A stretch of 63,645 nucleotides of DNA, filler included, from Reticulomyxa filosa (taxonomy: Eukaryota > Protista > Foraminifera), in NCBI GenBank assembly GCA_000512085.1. It is 19 parts of 19 records of this genome, joined end to end, with 100 filler letters (N's around TTAATTAATTAA, not from the genome) between each part and the next. Parts side by side here need not be neighbours in the genome. Positions count along the whole stretch, not along the records: positions 11,210 to 21,315 come from ASPP01021747.1; positions 21,416 to 24,160 come from ASPP01011402.1; positions 24,261 to 27,699 come from ASPP01029244.1; 16 more parts are not named here. The stretch is one strand, 5' to 3'. A model generated the notes under the pieces. That model saw nothing but the letters and a program-made list of their open reading frames with translations. It was not told where the DNA came from and did no database searches. Positions 13,732 to 27,256 of this stretch are shown here, one piece after another (position 1 is the stretch's first letter; each line of letters starts with the position of its first letter). Made by a program: the position numbers and the translations under genes.

Positions 13732-15957
13732 TCAGATCGTTCGACAACGACACTTTTTGATACCAACTCGTGTTTGTTGCACACGAAACATTTGTTGTTT
13801 TTGCATGTTCGGATTATTGCAGGCAATCAATTGATTAATCTTTGTTTGGTTGACACAATGAAGTAATTGGCATTGCACACTGAAATCGGTAGTGCAACTG
13901 CCACGCGACAACAATTGGCTAAACAGATGAGGTAAAATGATACCCTTCCATTGAACCATGTATTGTTGGCTTTGACTGCGACTATCCTTGCCGCAGACAA
14001 TAGCACTACTTTGGACTTGTTTGAACATACAATTCAAAAATGGTTGATCACTGATTAACCAGGGGACTTCTCTTAATTTTTTGGCTGGCCTCATAAACTC
14101 TTGCACAAAATAGTTGAGCCACTCGCTAAAAAACTTTTGCACGTTTGCAAACCCATTGATGATGATTCCTTTGTTCTGCTTTTCAAAGCTCTTTTTCACC
14201 AAGCTTTTTGCTGCAAGAGCTGTGCCATTGTTACTCACTCCACGCAAGCGAATTCCATTCGCTTGCAGTTCTCCAAGATCGGTGTCGTCATCCAGTTCTT
14301 CATCGTCATCACCCTCGCCCTTTTGCTTTTTCGTGTTGGAAACATCATCACTGACACCTCCAGTCATCGGTTTGTCCGGCTGCGAACAAACGCTTTTTGA
14401 ATTAAAAAAAAATATATACGTATATCGACAAACACAAAAAATAAAATAAAATAGACCTTTTTTTTCAACGCATACATATGTGTATGTATACACATACATG
14501 CGTTTATATATACATACATATATTTGTTTGTTTGGCAAAAGATTGATATAACTCGAGAGGAGTTTCAAATGGGATCTTTGCTTTTTCCAGCCTAGCAATA
14601 AGATTGGGATAAGGAGAATTCAAAACAACTTGTGGAATCAGCCATTTGTCGGCATCGTCATTGCTCGGCTTGAAATGAAACAAAATGACCATATCCGTGT
14701 GTGCAATGTAAATACACCTTTGCAATTTGTCGTTGCTTTTATTTTGTATGTTGTCGTTTATAAAGGACGTATAACAGTGTCTGAATGCCTCCAGCCATTC
14801 GTAGCATTGGTGTTTGTATTTATTCCAAATACACTTGCCGGGGTCACTAATTTCGTTTTTCGTTTTCGCGACATCATTGGAAAAATCTCCTTTGTGATCA
14901 TTCCTTTGGACGTCCGAAAACAACGGCGGTAAGTTTTTAAAGTAGTATTGCTCCAATACTTTCCACAGCTCAGAGTTTTGTGGATTGTAACGATCGAAAC
15001 TGCTTGGATACTCATAGTAACGTATACCTTCGGGTTTCGACCATTGTTGTGACATCATGTCTTCTAGTTTTTTGCGATCATTGGTCATTATCCGTAATGT
15101 TTGTTTTATCGAATAATCCATAATTTGGTATTGTGCACTTTTGAAGACGTATACGTCACTGTCAATGTGATTCAATTCGTTGTGCTTGTCATTACTACTA
15201 CAAAGTGATCCATAATCATTCCATGTCCTACACTCTTTATTGCTTTGAGCAATGCCTGGCATTGTGTTTTGCGGATATATTGGCATTTTTTTTTTTATTG
15301 GTTCTTGCATCGTGTTTGGGTTGTGTATGTTTACCATCTGTTTGTTGCACTCCATCCTTTGACATATAATCACATCAACAGCAACAATAACAAAATCAAT
15401 AACAAAGTGAACAAAAAAAAAAAAAAAAATCTTCAAGCAAACACAAACTGTTTGATGCCACTGCTTTGTTGGTCTTGAACAGCAAAAAGTGCAGAGTTAC
15501 ATGTTTGTGAAGACGTGTCAAGCAAACTGGAACTGTCGTTATTGTGGACATTGTTGTTTTCTTTGTCAGCATTTTGACCTTGCGAACACTGACCGTTTTT
15601 CTCAACGTTGACATTGTCCGTTTTCAAAAAACGACTGAAATTTATATCTTGTCGCTCTTCGAGTTTTTTGTGACTATTATTCCAAGGCCGAAAAGAGCTT
15701 TCGGCTATTCTACCTTGTCGAGCTGGACTATATGAGGCAAACAATTGCATCATGTTCGAACAACCATTTTCATTTTTTTCAATTATATCTTGTCCAATTT
15801 CTGTGTCTTCATTCAATTGCACAGGATTACAAGAACTTTCATTCCAGGGAACATCTTCCGCGGATTTTTTCATAGAATTTGTGTTTTCAACGGCCTGTGT
15901 CCGCGAACGCGACATGGCAAGCCTCTTTCTTCTAATGGCGGTAACATTTCTGGACAT
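13732..15957 (-). CDS. DONSON: DONSON (downstream neighbour of SON / Humpty dumpty) homolog, 3 exons
   Basis: Motifs colinear with DONSON: MDYSIKQTLRI (~DWSIKTRLLF), WLEAFRHCY..CIYIAHTDMVILF (~W..SF.SLY..FYV....FTVLF), LEKAKIPFETPL (~MRNEGIEFSLPL), VPWLISDQPF (~PPTLLSPVAF), WKGIILPH (~ITGPIMPH). Confidence 0.72.
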
Positions 15958-16403
15958 TGATCGATTATTGACGTTGTTTAATTTATTAACTGATGGGCCT
16001 GCTAAAAAAATTAATTAGCAGCCAGAAAAAAACGTTTGCTCTCCTTCAAGACCAAAGTTTTTGTACTGTTTTGTTTTGAAGGACACAACAAGCCTTCTTT
16101 TTCTGTTTTATTTTTAATTAAAACTACTAACACTTATTATTAGCTTGCTATATCAAACTTCATTACTTGTACAAAATTGTTTGCTTCAGCTGACTAAATC
16201 AATTGCCATAAAAAATGTAATCACTTTTGCAACTTTTGCCACCTTTCGATTGATATGATAAAAAATTGTACTAATACATTATGATAAAAGTTAAAAATAA
16301 ATTTTAGGACATTTTTTTCCTTGTGGTTTTCAATCTTAATCTTTCTAAACAGTTAAAAAAAAAAGAAGGGAAATCCCGACAAAGAAAGTTTTTGTTGATA
16401 AGG

Positions 16404-18894
16404 ATGAAAAATCAAGCATTTCCGGTGAACGATTTGCAAGAAGCCGAAAGGGCGATAAATAAAGTGGCAGAACTTGCCGCTCTTGTTCAGACTCGTTCTT
16501 GTCCAAGTGACGCACAATTTAGTCCGGAGCCGTGCAAATCCGATCCAAGTGCAAAAAGTAAAACACAAAACAATGTGCAAGATTCCCTAGCGACGATGCT
16601 TTGGAATGAAAAAGAAGAGTCGCGTCTGACACAAGCAGACAACAACAAAAACGACAATAGCAATAACTCGAAGGAGATGTTGCCTTCTTCTATTAAATCC
16701 GAGCAGAAAGAAGAGCCATGGAACACATCAATATCGATCGATATAAGCGAAGCGCCAGTGCAGCAAGCGGAAAAGGATCCAAAACATGTAGCGGACAATT
16801 TTTGTTTGACGATGTCTTTGCCGTTGCCAGGCAAAAAATATCCGGAGTGTCATTACCATCATTTCATGAATGGATCTCAATCCCTTCAAAATGTGCACAC
16901 CCAATCCGATAACAACAGTCCGACTCCCTCTAGCCGTTCCTTGAGAAACCTGCTGAGGGCAAGAAAGAGATACGCATCGATGGCAACGTATACAAAGATG
17001 CCTAGCTACGATTACGACTTGCTCATCCAAGGCCTGGATGAATTAAAATCAGCTCTGCGTCATGGCTTATTTATAACCCCACTTGCCATGATGTTTCGCT
17101 CCACTCCACATAACAATAACAATAACAATAACAATAGCAACAATAATAATAATAATAATAATAATAGCAATGGCAATGCTAACAATAATCAGCACACAAA
17201 TTACCAATATCATCGACAAACCTCTACAAATTCTCATTCGACTCACATGCAATCGCCCTTACACGGCAACAATCTTATTTATTCACCAAACATGTTTTGT
17301 GTATACGTATTATGTGTACGTGTGTTTTTTCCTCAAATAAAAGTCAATCTCCCCCTTTTTTTTTTCCCAAATAAAAAGAAAAATTATTATTATTATTATT
17401 ATAACAATGATAATGTTGATGGATTATATTGACAGTCCGCAAAGCGACCTCAGTGAAACTCCCCAGCAAGAGCGTCAATGGGGTGAGGAAAACGAAATAA
17501 CGCGGGTAGCGACAATCTGTAGCAATAATTCTATTGACAGTGACGATCGATATCAATATATCAAAAGCGATGACGGTGGAGGATTAGTACAGATTTCGTT
17601 GTTGTCACCTCCGCAACAGTCGCAGATAGCCCTGGCGTCCACACAGGACCATCTACAGCAGCAGCAACAACAGCAACAACAACAACAACAACAGCATCGG
17701 CATCACTATCATCATCGCTTCAATCACCATCATCGTAGCAACAGCAGCAACACTTTGCATCCAATTCATGAAAATCTGAACGTTCGTCCACTCAGCAAAT
17801 CTATGGACGAACAAAAACAAGAAGAAATGGAAACGCCCACAAAAAGCCAAAATGCATCCACAAGCCAAGTCTCGTTCAACTTTGCAGCCAAGACGGCAAA
17901 CCAAAGCGGCGATGAGACAGAGATACATAATGAGGGTGGGAGTAGGCAAAGTTATTTAAAATTACACAAAAAAAAACGGAAGAATTAAATAAACATGTAT
18001 ACATACATAAGTATGCGTAATGCACGTATACGATATACACATTTTGTTGGTGGTACATGAATATCAGTGAAGGAGAACAAAGGATTGAGCAGTGCAAAAG
18101 AGTTGCTAGCGAACCAAACGAATGATCAAAAAAAGTGAAGAAGAGCAAGAGCAGAGCAATGGCAACGAAGGATTGACTGTTGTCATCCACGACAACACGA
18201 GCGCTCCTACCACTCCCCCAAACAGACACCTGCTGAGTCTAGAAGAGCCCGTTCACGTGTTGTTGTACCATGATGGAAGTGACAAAGAAGACAACAAAAT
18301 AACACAGTTTTTTTTTGTTTTTTTTTTTTGAAAAGCTTAAAAACACAGACTTTATTAATAGTTGATCATTCAATTATTTTTTTTTTTTTTTTTTTTTTGT
18401 CTGTGCCAAGGGGGGCTCATGGTGAAGAACCAAAAGTGGAAAACGGAGTGACGATAGGGCGAGAAGGAACAGAGTCGGCAATCTCAACACAAGAACAAGC
18501 ATGCAATCCGATAGGCATGTCGCAGACATATGATGGCATTCACAGCCGTGATGTCATTGCATTTGATTCTTGCAATGCAATCGTTGTGGGCACGCAAAGC
18601 AACTGTTCGATCCTTTCTGTTACCAAAGGGAATCATGTCCATATCAAACGCGACATTACTCCGAAAGATGTTTTCACAATGCACAAAGAAAGCTCTTTGT
18701 GTCAATTGCACCCGCAGCACACTTCGTCTTTCTTCGCACGCGTGATCAGTCGTTCTGATGTCCAACATAAACATAACAGCATGGCCCCTTTTTTGCGCAA
18801 ACGATTTCGATTCACTACTTTGTGCTTACTTGTCTTGGTCGCCTTAATTGTGGGTTTTATTGTTGGTTTTCTTGTCAATTACTTTTGTCTTTAA
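16404..18894 (+). CDS. Hypothetical low-complexity (poly-N, poly-Q, His-rich) protein with a C-terminal transmembrane anchor, multi-exon
   Basis: Consecutive + ORFs separated by GT-AG AT-rich introns; ends RKRFR-FTTLCLLVLVALIVGFIVGFLVNYFCL*. Confidence 0.65.
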
Positions 18895-19487
18895 TAATGA
18901 GACTTTTGTGTTTTTTCTCTTCCGCTTGTACGTCCATAATTTTTTTGTTTGTATTTTTAATACAGCTGTTTCTTTTATTGTTTTCAAATGTTTTGTTTTT
19001 AATTGGTACTAAAAAAAAGTAAAATACAACTGATTTTTTTTAAGCAAAAAAAAAAACAGGCTCATTATTTGGAGCGGTTCACATCCACACATATTTCTTT
19101 ATTGAGTCTTGCGAAATTGTTAAATGTTAATCAACTGTCTAAAAGGAGAGCTGTTGAGATGCATTACAAAATTAACAAAAAATTTGACCACAAATCTTCT
19201 CGTCCACGAGAAACTACAACGAGTGCAATTCTCGAGAACATTGATAATTTTATACGAATTATTTATATTATTTTTTTAATGTTACCACAAAAAAGAAAAT
19301 GTTACTAAACAAATTAATCAAATTTTTAATACGATCGGTGTAAAATACAAGATGGAAAATATAATAGTTAATTTTATTTGGTCATGTTATCGCAAAAAAC
19401 TAAAAAAAAACAGCTTGACTTCAAAAAAAGTGGAGCCCTCTTGTGAACTTTTTTGAAGACGGAACATTTTCTCAAAAAACCTGGGAA

Positions 19488-20555
19488 ATGTCCTTGGCAG
19501 AAAATAACGACTTAACTACGAAATCTGGTAGTGAAGAGACTGATAATTTTGTGAGGATCCAAAATGATAGACTTTTGGCAGGATGGGCGTTGTTAAGAAA
19601 CAAAGTGTTCCGAAACTTACCAACAGATCTAAAAAAAGAGATTTTGCGATATATCGCAGAAGATTATATCGTGATTGATATTTTTAATATTTATGAACAA
19701 CTACAAATAGACTTGAAATATTTGTTGTTCACATTATTGGACAAAATTGAGGTAAAATTAGTGTCAGTGACTTGCAAAGACCGAATTCTATCGAACAAGG
19801 ATTACTCTCGAATCAAGCATAATAAACAAATCACAGACAAATTAGAGGACATAAAATTCAACTTCTCTGCAAATCAGTCCAAAGAGACTCCATGTTTTGC
19901 TCCAATGCCTTTTGAGGCAATTGTTCGACAAATGAATCGTGCCACTACTATACAACAGTTTTTTTTTTTTACAAAGGCCTATAACGTATATAAAAACACG
20001 CACGTGCACACATGCGTACGTACACAAGCTATATTTGTAATTTGATCTGCCTCTTCATGTTTGTTCACATCGTTTTTTATGTATGTGTATATGTGTGTGC
20101 GAACAAATACTCGTCCCCAAAGAGATAAACACAACGCATATAGCAAAAAAAAATACAAAACAATGGACAATATTTTGGGAAAACTAAAAACTTTTGTAAA
20201 TGCAAATGAAAAATCTCCGAGGCTTTTGAACAGAATTGTATTTTATCTCGGAAAAATTTGGCGCTCAATAGGCATGTAGATCATTTTTTTTTATTTATTG
20301 TTATTGTATATGTCAACCCATTTCTTTTTTTTTTTGTCTCTTCACCTCTCCTGCAATAAAATAGTGTTAACAAGAGCCAACACCGAAGATTTATCCGTCC
20401 TTGCATCTTCAGAGAGTAAGTCATCTCTTGAAGTAACACAAGACTTTCACATAGAATCATTTGACAATGGCGTGTATTTGTCACTTGATGACGTTCTACA
20501 AGGCTATTGGCATTTGAGGCCATTTACATCGTACATAAACCGTCTTGTGAGCTGA
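19488..20555 (+). CDS. Hypothetical protein, multi-exon; possible F-box-like motif
   Basis: ORFs 19443-20045, 20061-20279 and 20298-20555 linked by intron-like AT tracts; FRNLPTDLKKEILRYI resembles an F-box start. Confidence 0.5.
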
Positions 20556-21415
20556 ATGACTTATATGTAGAACTGCTAGAGTACGGCATACGCTGTCATC
20601 TTACGTTTTACATTGAACCACTATTTCTTTCCTTTTAGTACATTCAGCAACATTTGTGTGCAAATTTTTGTCAGTCATTTTAAACAAAGTCGCAATGTTT
20701 TTAAATAAAATTTTGAAATTTTAATTTTGTTTAACTTTTCAAAAATTCGTAAAAAAATGAAATCATTTCATTTATTGAAAGTTAGGCTCATGACATTGAC
20801 TCAAAAAAAATTTTTGAATAAATGAAGGACTAGTCTGGAACTTCGAAGTTGGGGGAACAAGCTTTTTGAAAAAAGCTGTTTGTTTTTTTAATTTTGTTGC
20901 GCGCTTGTCCGTTGTAATGTTTGAAGCTGTTTTTTTATAGCTTCAGTCAAAAGCGACATCAGTAAGCCGCAAATTCTTTTTTTGCATATTTAGCGGTGTT
21001 TCGCGTTTTAAGATGACTGTTATTTTTTATCTTTTTCCAAATTTGAGATAATGAAACTGTTTTTTAAATGATGATCGTTTTTCATCGACAACATTATGAA
21101 TCAAACATATAGCTGTGATATAACTCGACAGTCTGAGTTTTTAAAATTCTTTTTTTATTTTGGTTGGTATTGAATAAAATAAATTGTGTTGTTTTGAGTA
21201 AAAATAGCTGAAGTGGCAATCAAGCTGGAACTCACTTGTTCCATGTAATACAGTAAGATAAAAAAGAAAGTTGAAACCTAAAATGCCAACTTATAGAGAT
21301 GATGTGTTTCTCCATNNNNNNNNNNNNNNNNNNNNNNNNNNNNNNNNNNNNNNNNNNNNTTAATTAATTAANNNNNNNNNNNNNNNNNNNNNNNNNNNNN
21401 NNNNNNNNNNNNNNN

Positions 21416-23164
21416 AAAAAAAAAAAAAAAAAAGAGGATACCTGACAATGAGCGGGACAATTAATTCTCGCTTGGAATCGACCGACACTTTTTTGACAAT
21501 AATGTCGATATTGACAATGACATAATAAAACAATTGAGGAGGGATTTGCTCACCGAGCAGATAGGGTTGAATCGCCGGTTGGATGACCGTACGAAAGTCA
21601 TCTGCACTCAACACCTCAGTCATTTTAAAAATTGACGGCATCACTGCCAACACTAAGCGAGAGTCTTTCATTTGCAATAGCAAAGGTGGTAACACTTTTG
21701 TTCTAAGTAGCATCGGTTCAAACTGTTCTATCACCTATGGAATGCAAGTTTTCAACAAATACATATATAATATGTATACACATTTGTTTTAAAAGGGTTT
21801 TTTTTTTTTTTTTTTAAAAAAAAAAAGTTCATTCCTCCCCCTTTTAAAAAAAAAAAAATAAATAAATAATAAACTCTTGGCAAATTCTTTAAAAAAGCAA
21901 TTCGAGAGGCTTCTTCTTTTTCCAACAACTTTTCCAAGTATAGCAACACTCGCAACACCGTGTCGGCAAAATATTTGCAAGAGCAAAAGCTTTTGATATC
22001 CGTTCGTTGGCCGGCTTCGATTTGCAACAACCCCCTGAGCCCATCGACCAAATCGTTTGGAATGCCTTGGGTGTGAAACCCATGAGTGGACCACTCATTG
22101 ACCGCTCGGCGGTATTCGTCTTCGCTGGTGATGGACTTATCTCGTCGTATTCCGCTTTTGTATCGATGAATCATGTAGGCGATTCTGCCAATGCTGAATG
22201 CGTCCGACTTGGCCGTTATCGCCTTCGTTCGAATGTATTCTGGCGCGAGGCAATCCAAGCTAGGATAGTACGGCAGCTCATTTGTCTTTATAAAGTCATA
22301 TTTCTCGCGAATATTTATTTCCTCCGTTTCAACCGATATATGTTCTCTAAATGGAAAACCAAACTTTTTTATTTTTTTAACAAAAAAAAAAAAATTTTGC
22401 GAAATTTCGCACAAACGTGTATGTGCACAAAAAAAAAAAAAAGTTAATACACAAAGCATAGGTCATATAACTTATACATATTATATATATATATATATAT
22501 ATAATATGTATAAGTTATATGATTCATAACTAATTTCCAATCCCCACTTTCGGTGATATAAATATTACAAGGGTTAATGAAACCGTGAATCATATGGGCA
22601 TCTCGATGTAAAAATAAAACGGCTTCACACAATTCACTCAGTCCCAATTTGATTTCCAAATCTCCAAATTTGTGCTGCTTTATCAAAGGGTCCACATTTT
22701 CACTGCTCTGATTTGAATTGGTTCCGTCGCCTCCACCACCACCACCACCACCACTACCATTTGACTCTTTGCTACCTGCGTTGCTACCTCCACTACCGTT
22801 CGACCCACACAAATGGGGACCATAGTCACCCAAGTAGTTACTTAGACTACCCAACACATGCTCAGCTACAAATACAATCTCGTTTCGATCCTCCAAATAT
22901 GGCTTGTTGTTTGTTTGGTGTATTTTTTAGGATATAAGGGTGCTTTATTTTGTAACAGCGATCCACGCTTTGCTTAAATAATTCAAAGTATCTATCATTG
23001 CGCAAATTTTTCGGTATTGACTTTTTGTCCAACCAAAATATTGTCACTTTTTGCTGATTCGACTTCTGCTTAGCTTGAAACAACCGCCAACGAAGACCCA
23101 AACCACCAGTTGCGCTTGGTTGCTCGCTTATGTCCTCATATTCCTTTTTTAATTGATTCCCCAT
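21416..23164 (-). CDS. SCYL2: SCY1-like (SCYL2/CVAK104) pseudokinase, 3' truncated, multi-exon
   Basis: MGNQ start, GGLGLRWRLF, KIKHPYIL, FVAEHVLGSLSN, LEIKLGL..LCEAVLFLHRDAHMIHGFINPCNIYITESGDWKL..FGF, PSLDCLAPEY, followed by HEAT-like helices. Confidence 0.9.
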
Positions 23165-23633
23165 GTCTGCAGTTTTTTTTAATATATAATCAAAAGTTCT
23201 TAGTTTTAACCTTTTCTTTCTTGTGGTGTGAGGTCTTTGTCCTTTTGTACTCATTTTTTTTGATGAGCACATTATTTGATATTATTACAATTTTGAGTTT
23301 TGTAGCGCATGTGGCGTTGAAGAATTCTTTTTACACGAATGACAGTATTTATAACAAGCACTTGAGCAAAAGGATATCTCCATAACAACAAGACACTTTT
23401 AAAAACGATGAATTTTTGTTGAAACATTTTGATTTTTTTAGGCGTCATTAATTAAAACAAAGCAAACAATCAAAAAATCTCAAAACATGCAATGTTCAGT
23501 CCTTGAGTTCAAAAATCAAGACTTTACTCTCAAAAAGGGGGAAAAATAACTTTCGTACAAACAAGTGAAAGTTTAAAAAAGACTTGTAACAATGGCAAAA
23601 AAAAAAAAAGAAAAAGAATAGAATGCATTTTTA

Positions 23634-24053
23634 TTACTTATAAAAAGTTTTCAATTTAGCAATGACTTGCTCGAGATTGCCTTTGTATTGGTTAAGCAAT
23701 ATCAAATTGAATTTTCTATTTCGGTATCCAATTCTCTCCAATTCGTCCAATTTTTTTTTGGTGTCTTCGTCGATGTTTTTGCTGATATGACTCGCTTCCA
23801 TGGGGTTTGCGTCTTGTGTTGAAGGCTTGTTTACTCGAACATCGTTATTAGCGGGGGGTGTTAAAAACTGAAATAAATCCCTCACTTGTTCTTCGTCACT
23901 GTTATGATCTTCATCTTCATTGTGGCCTTCGTTGCTCGAAGTGTTTGCAGCAGCAGTATTCTTAACCGTAGTATCGTGAAACATTCCATTGCCATTCGTC
24001 AAGCTTGGCAATACGTTTACATCATCTGAGGTTGCTTTCCACACATAACACAC
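23634..24053 (-). CDS. C-terminal exon of a UBA-domain protein (NBR1/p62-type UBA)
   Basis: KLDELERIGYRNRKFNLILLNQYKGNLEQVIAKL is a UBA-like helical bundle; 5' part lies beyond the contig end. Confidence 0.7.
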   Translation of the reverse strand: MCYVWKATSDDVNVLPSLTNGNGMFHDTTVKNTAAANTSSNEGHNEDEDHNSDEEQVRDLFQFLTPPANNDVRVNKPSTQDANPMEASHISKNIDEDTKKKLDELERIGYRNRKFNLILLNQYKGNLEQVIAKLKTFYK

Positions 24054-24290
24054 GCATATAAAATATACAAACTTTATGTTGAGGGCAATGTATCACACCA
24101 AAACTAGGTCACTTTTTTCCCCTCCCCCCCCTTTCTTGTCTCTTCTTTTTTTTTTTTTTTNNNNNNNNNNNNNNNNNNNNNNNNNNNNNNNNNNNNNNNN
24201 NNNNTTAATTAATTAANNNNNNNNNNNNNNNNNNNNNNNNNNNNNNNNNNNNNNNNNNNNATAGATCCCACATTTTTACGTGATGGACAT

Positions 24291-25115
24291 ATGACAAATG
24301 CAATTGGGTTGTTTTGTGAAAATAAAGAGCCGACATATTGTATATGTGAAAGCAAGACATGGAAATCTTTTCGGGTAGCATTTAATCTTAGTAAACAAAT
24401 TCGATTTGATAATAATAGTAGAAATGAAGTAAAAATGAAACAGTATAGTAATTATAATATTTCATTAATAAAAGACCTCAAGGAACAAGTGGATCAATAC
24501 ATTAAAACTGGGATAATCGATAATCGTTTTTTAAAAATAGAGCATAAAATTTTAACTTATGATACAGAAATTAAATCTGATGAAAAAAAAGATACGGAAA
24601 AACAATTTTTAGAAACTTTACCAAAAAAATGTGATGAAAATAGCAAAGAAATTAAAATATTGAAGGAAACAATTGAAAATGATAAAAGAAAGATGGGACA
24701 ATTGGTGGATGACAGAAACAAAAAAATCAAAGAAATGGAAATTGCAATTCAGAATCTTAATAAAAAAATTAAAGACAAAAATCAAGTATCTTCAAATATT
24801 AGCTTATCAGATGAAAGTATTATGTCATTTCTGAAAAATCAAATAACTTTTTGGCAATCTCAAATGGTTGATGTCCAAAGTGAATCCAAACAATTGAAAA
24901 ACGAAAATGTATATCTTCGTGATGAAATTGAAAACTTGAAAGAAAAAATTCTAAAGATAAGTAGCATTAATTACGACGTTACAAGTAAAAGAAAAAAGAG
25001 AAAGCTTAGCGATATGGAGCCAAGTGCAAATTTGTCTGACGAATTAGCTTTGGATCATCAGTCTGGTGGGCCAGTACAAAAAAAATGCAGACATGAACAA
25101 TCTGAACAAATTTGA
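24291..25115 (+). CDS. Hypothetical coiled-coil protein (probably 5' partial)
   Basis: 274-aa ORF with K/E-rich heptads and a basic KRKKRK motif. Confidence 0.6.
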   Translation: MTNAIGLFCENKEPTYCICESKTWKSFRVAFNLSKQIRFDNNSRNEVKMKQYSNYNISLIKDLKEQVDQYIKTGIIDNRFLKIEHKILTYDTEIKSDEKKDTEKQFLETLPKKCDENSKEIKILKETIENDKRKMGQLVDDRNKKIKEMEIAIQNLNKKIKDKNQVSSNISLSDESIMSFLKNQITFWQSQMVDVQSESKQLKNENVYLRDEIENLKEKILKISSINYDVTSKRKKRKLSDMEPSANLSDELALDHQSGGPVQKKCRHEQSEQI

Positions 25116-25261
25116 TATATATATATTTTTTTTAAAACAAAAGAATTTGATGGCACAATTAGGTAAAGATAGTGGACGTGGTATTTAAAATGTTCAAATT
25201 TTGAACAAAAAAAAATGAATATTGATTATTTCGTGAATTTTAATATAAATATAACAAAACA

Positions 25262-25426
25262 TGCAGTATTATGAGTACATGTTATATAAATTGTTATGCG
25301 TACCTGTTATTAATTGTAATGCGTATCTGTCATCAACTGCTATGCGTACCTGTTATCACGTACCTGTTCATGTTTACCTGTCAATGCGAACATGTTGTGC
25401 TTACCTGCTCATAGCCCTGTACTGCA
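25262..25426. repeat. Degenerate tandem array (core ATGCGTACCTGTTA, ~8 copies) bounded by TGCAGTA/TACTGCA inverted ends
   Basis: Read directly from sequence. Confidence 0.7.
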
Positions 25427-25934
25427 AAGATTAAACCTGATAGTTATGTTATTATATTTATTATATATTTTTATTTTAATTTTATTTTGTATTTTTATTT
25501 TAAAAAAACAAATTACTGTTAACTAAAAAATAAGTGCAAACTATATTTCTACAGCAGTATTTGCCTTTGGAAGGCGATGCAATAAACTTGCAGCATCTAT
25601 CAGATGATTGGGTTCGAATCACAAACACTGCATTATATAAGAAAAACATCCAAATCAATCGATATATTTGCATAATAGATTATACACTACTTATATAAAC
25701 AAAAAAAACATTATTGCATATTCAATAAATGACAGCAAGTAACAAAATTGAAACAATGAAAATTTGATGGCATAAAACAACGAAAGAAAATATAAAAATA
25801 TAAAGAGTAAAGGCAAAAAAAAAATTGAAAGGTTAATTAACAGAATAGTGGAAGTAAAAAAAAGGATATAATGATTTTATTAATTAGTTTTATCATCAAC
25901 CAAATAATTAATTAAAAAAAAAAATAATATAATT

Positions 25935-26370
25935 TATCCCCAAATATAAATTTGACCATTTTTTGAAGCATAACATAAATGAACATTATGATCATCTTTT
26001 ACTCTTTTCTTTTTCAATGACGCAAATGTAAGACAAGATATTCCATTATCTTATCTATAGTCTTCTTTGATTATATACAATTTATTCTTATTTGATCGAA
26101 TATCCCACAAAATAACACTGTGATCATATGATCCAGATAATATTGTATCCACACAACCAATATTCACTAATTCATTTGGTCCCTGTTTTAAACTAGATAT
26201 ATATTTTGAATGCCTTTTGAATGTATTTAATAATTTTTGCGTCTCAATATCATACCTACAAATACTTTGATCAAATGATCCAGAACAAAGTTATATCCAT
26301 TGCCACCAATTACACCAATATTATTATTTTTGCTATTATTTTGCAATTGTGAAATATCAATACATGTTAT
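25935..26370 (-). pseudogene. WD40-repeat pseudogene fragment
   Basis: IGVIGGNGY..CSGSFDQSIC, TILSGSYDHSVILWDIRSNK-type motifs with frameshifts and stops. Confidence 0.75.
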
Positions 26371-27256
26371 GCGCATTGTAGTGATAAAATTGCTGCAAAT
26401 GCAGCAGTTAACTCAAGCCCAAACAAGTGACAAATTGTATCAAAACTAAACAGCTCAGCGAAAGCCAAGTTATAGTCAACTACTATTTATTCAATAAAAA
26501 GATAATAATAAGAAATGTTCAAAAGAAAGACTGCAGACACACTGGTTCGCAAACACACAGATTATACTCGAGCAAATAGCTGTTGATTTTTTTCTTTGAT
26601 TAATAGTGTATATTTCATATATGTATGTTTTTTATTTATTCAATTAGTTTGATTTGAACACAATTTAATTTAATACGCGATATCAGATTATGCTATGTTA
26701 AAATTTATATCATTTGACTATTTTTTAGACTAAGTATTTGTACATAAATAATTTGATAATTTTAATTGTAAAAATCATAAGTCGTAATAACAACTTGTAT
26801 ACAGATCCTTGAAACACTTTTTTGTCGGAAAAAACTCAGGATTCAGATAATATATATGCATAGTGTTTCACAAATTCAACAATTTGTAAATGATTGCAAT
26901 ATGAATATTATTTACAAAAGTTTAAACATAATATAAGTTTTTCATTTTGCTAAACTTTATGTTCAAATTTTGTTTTCTGCAAATAATAAATAAAAAATTT
27001 AATTGTATTATATAAAATAGAAATAATTTTAAGGATTCAAAGAATAATCGAATACCTGGATCCTGAATTTTATTTTCTCACAATGACTATAATATATAAA
27101 GCATCATGATATAATTATAATTGATTATTATGAAAAAAAAACTCAGAATTATGTATCAAAATCCCCGGACTGTGTAAAATTGTCAATATCATTATCATCA
27201 TAAAAAATAAGTAATTTGCTATTCATCATTTGATAAGTATATAAGTTTTTTGGATT

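Noticed and set aside
25262-25426. CRISPR-like array
   Set aside because: Units are short and degenerate, there are no unique spacers or cas genes, and the context is eukaryotic
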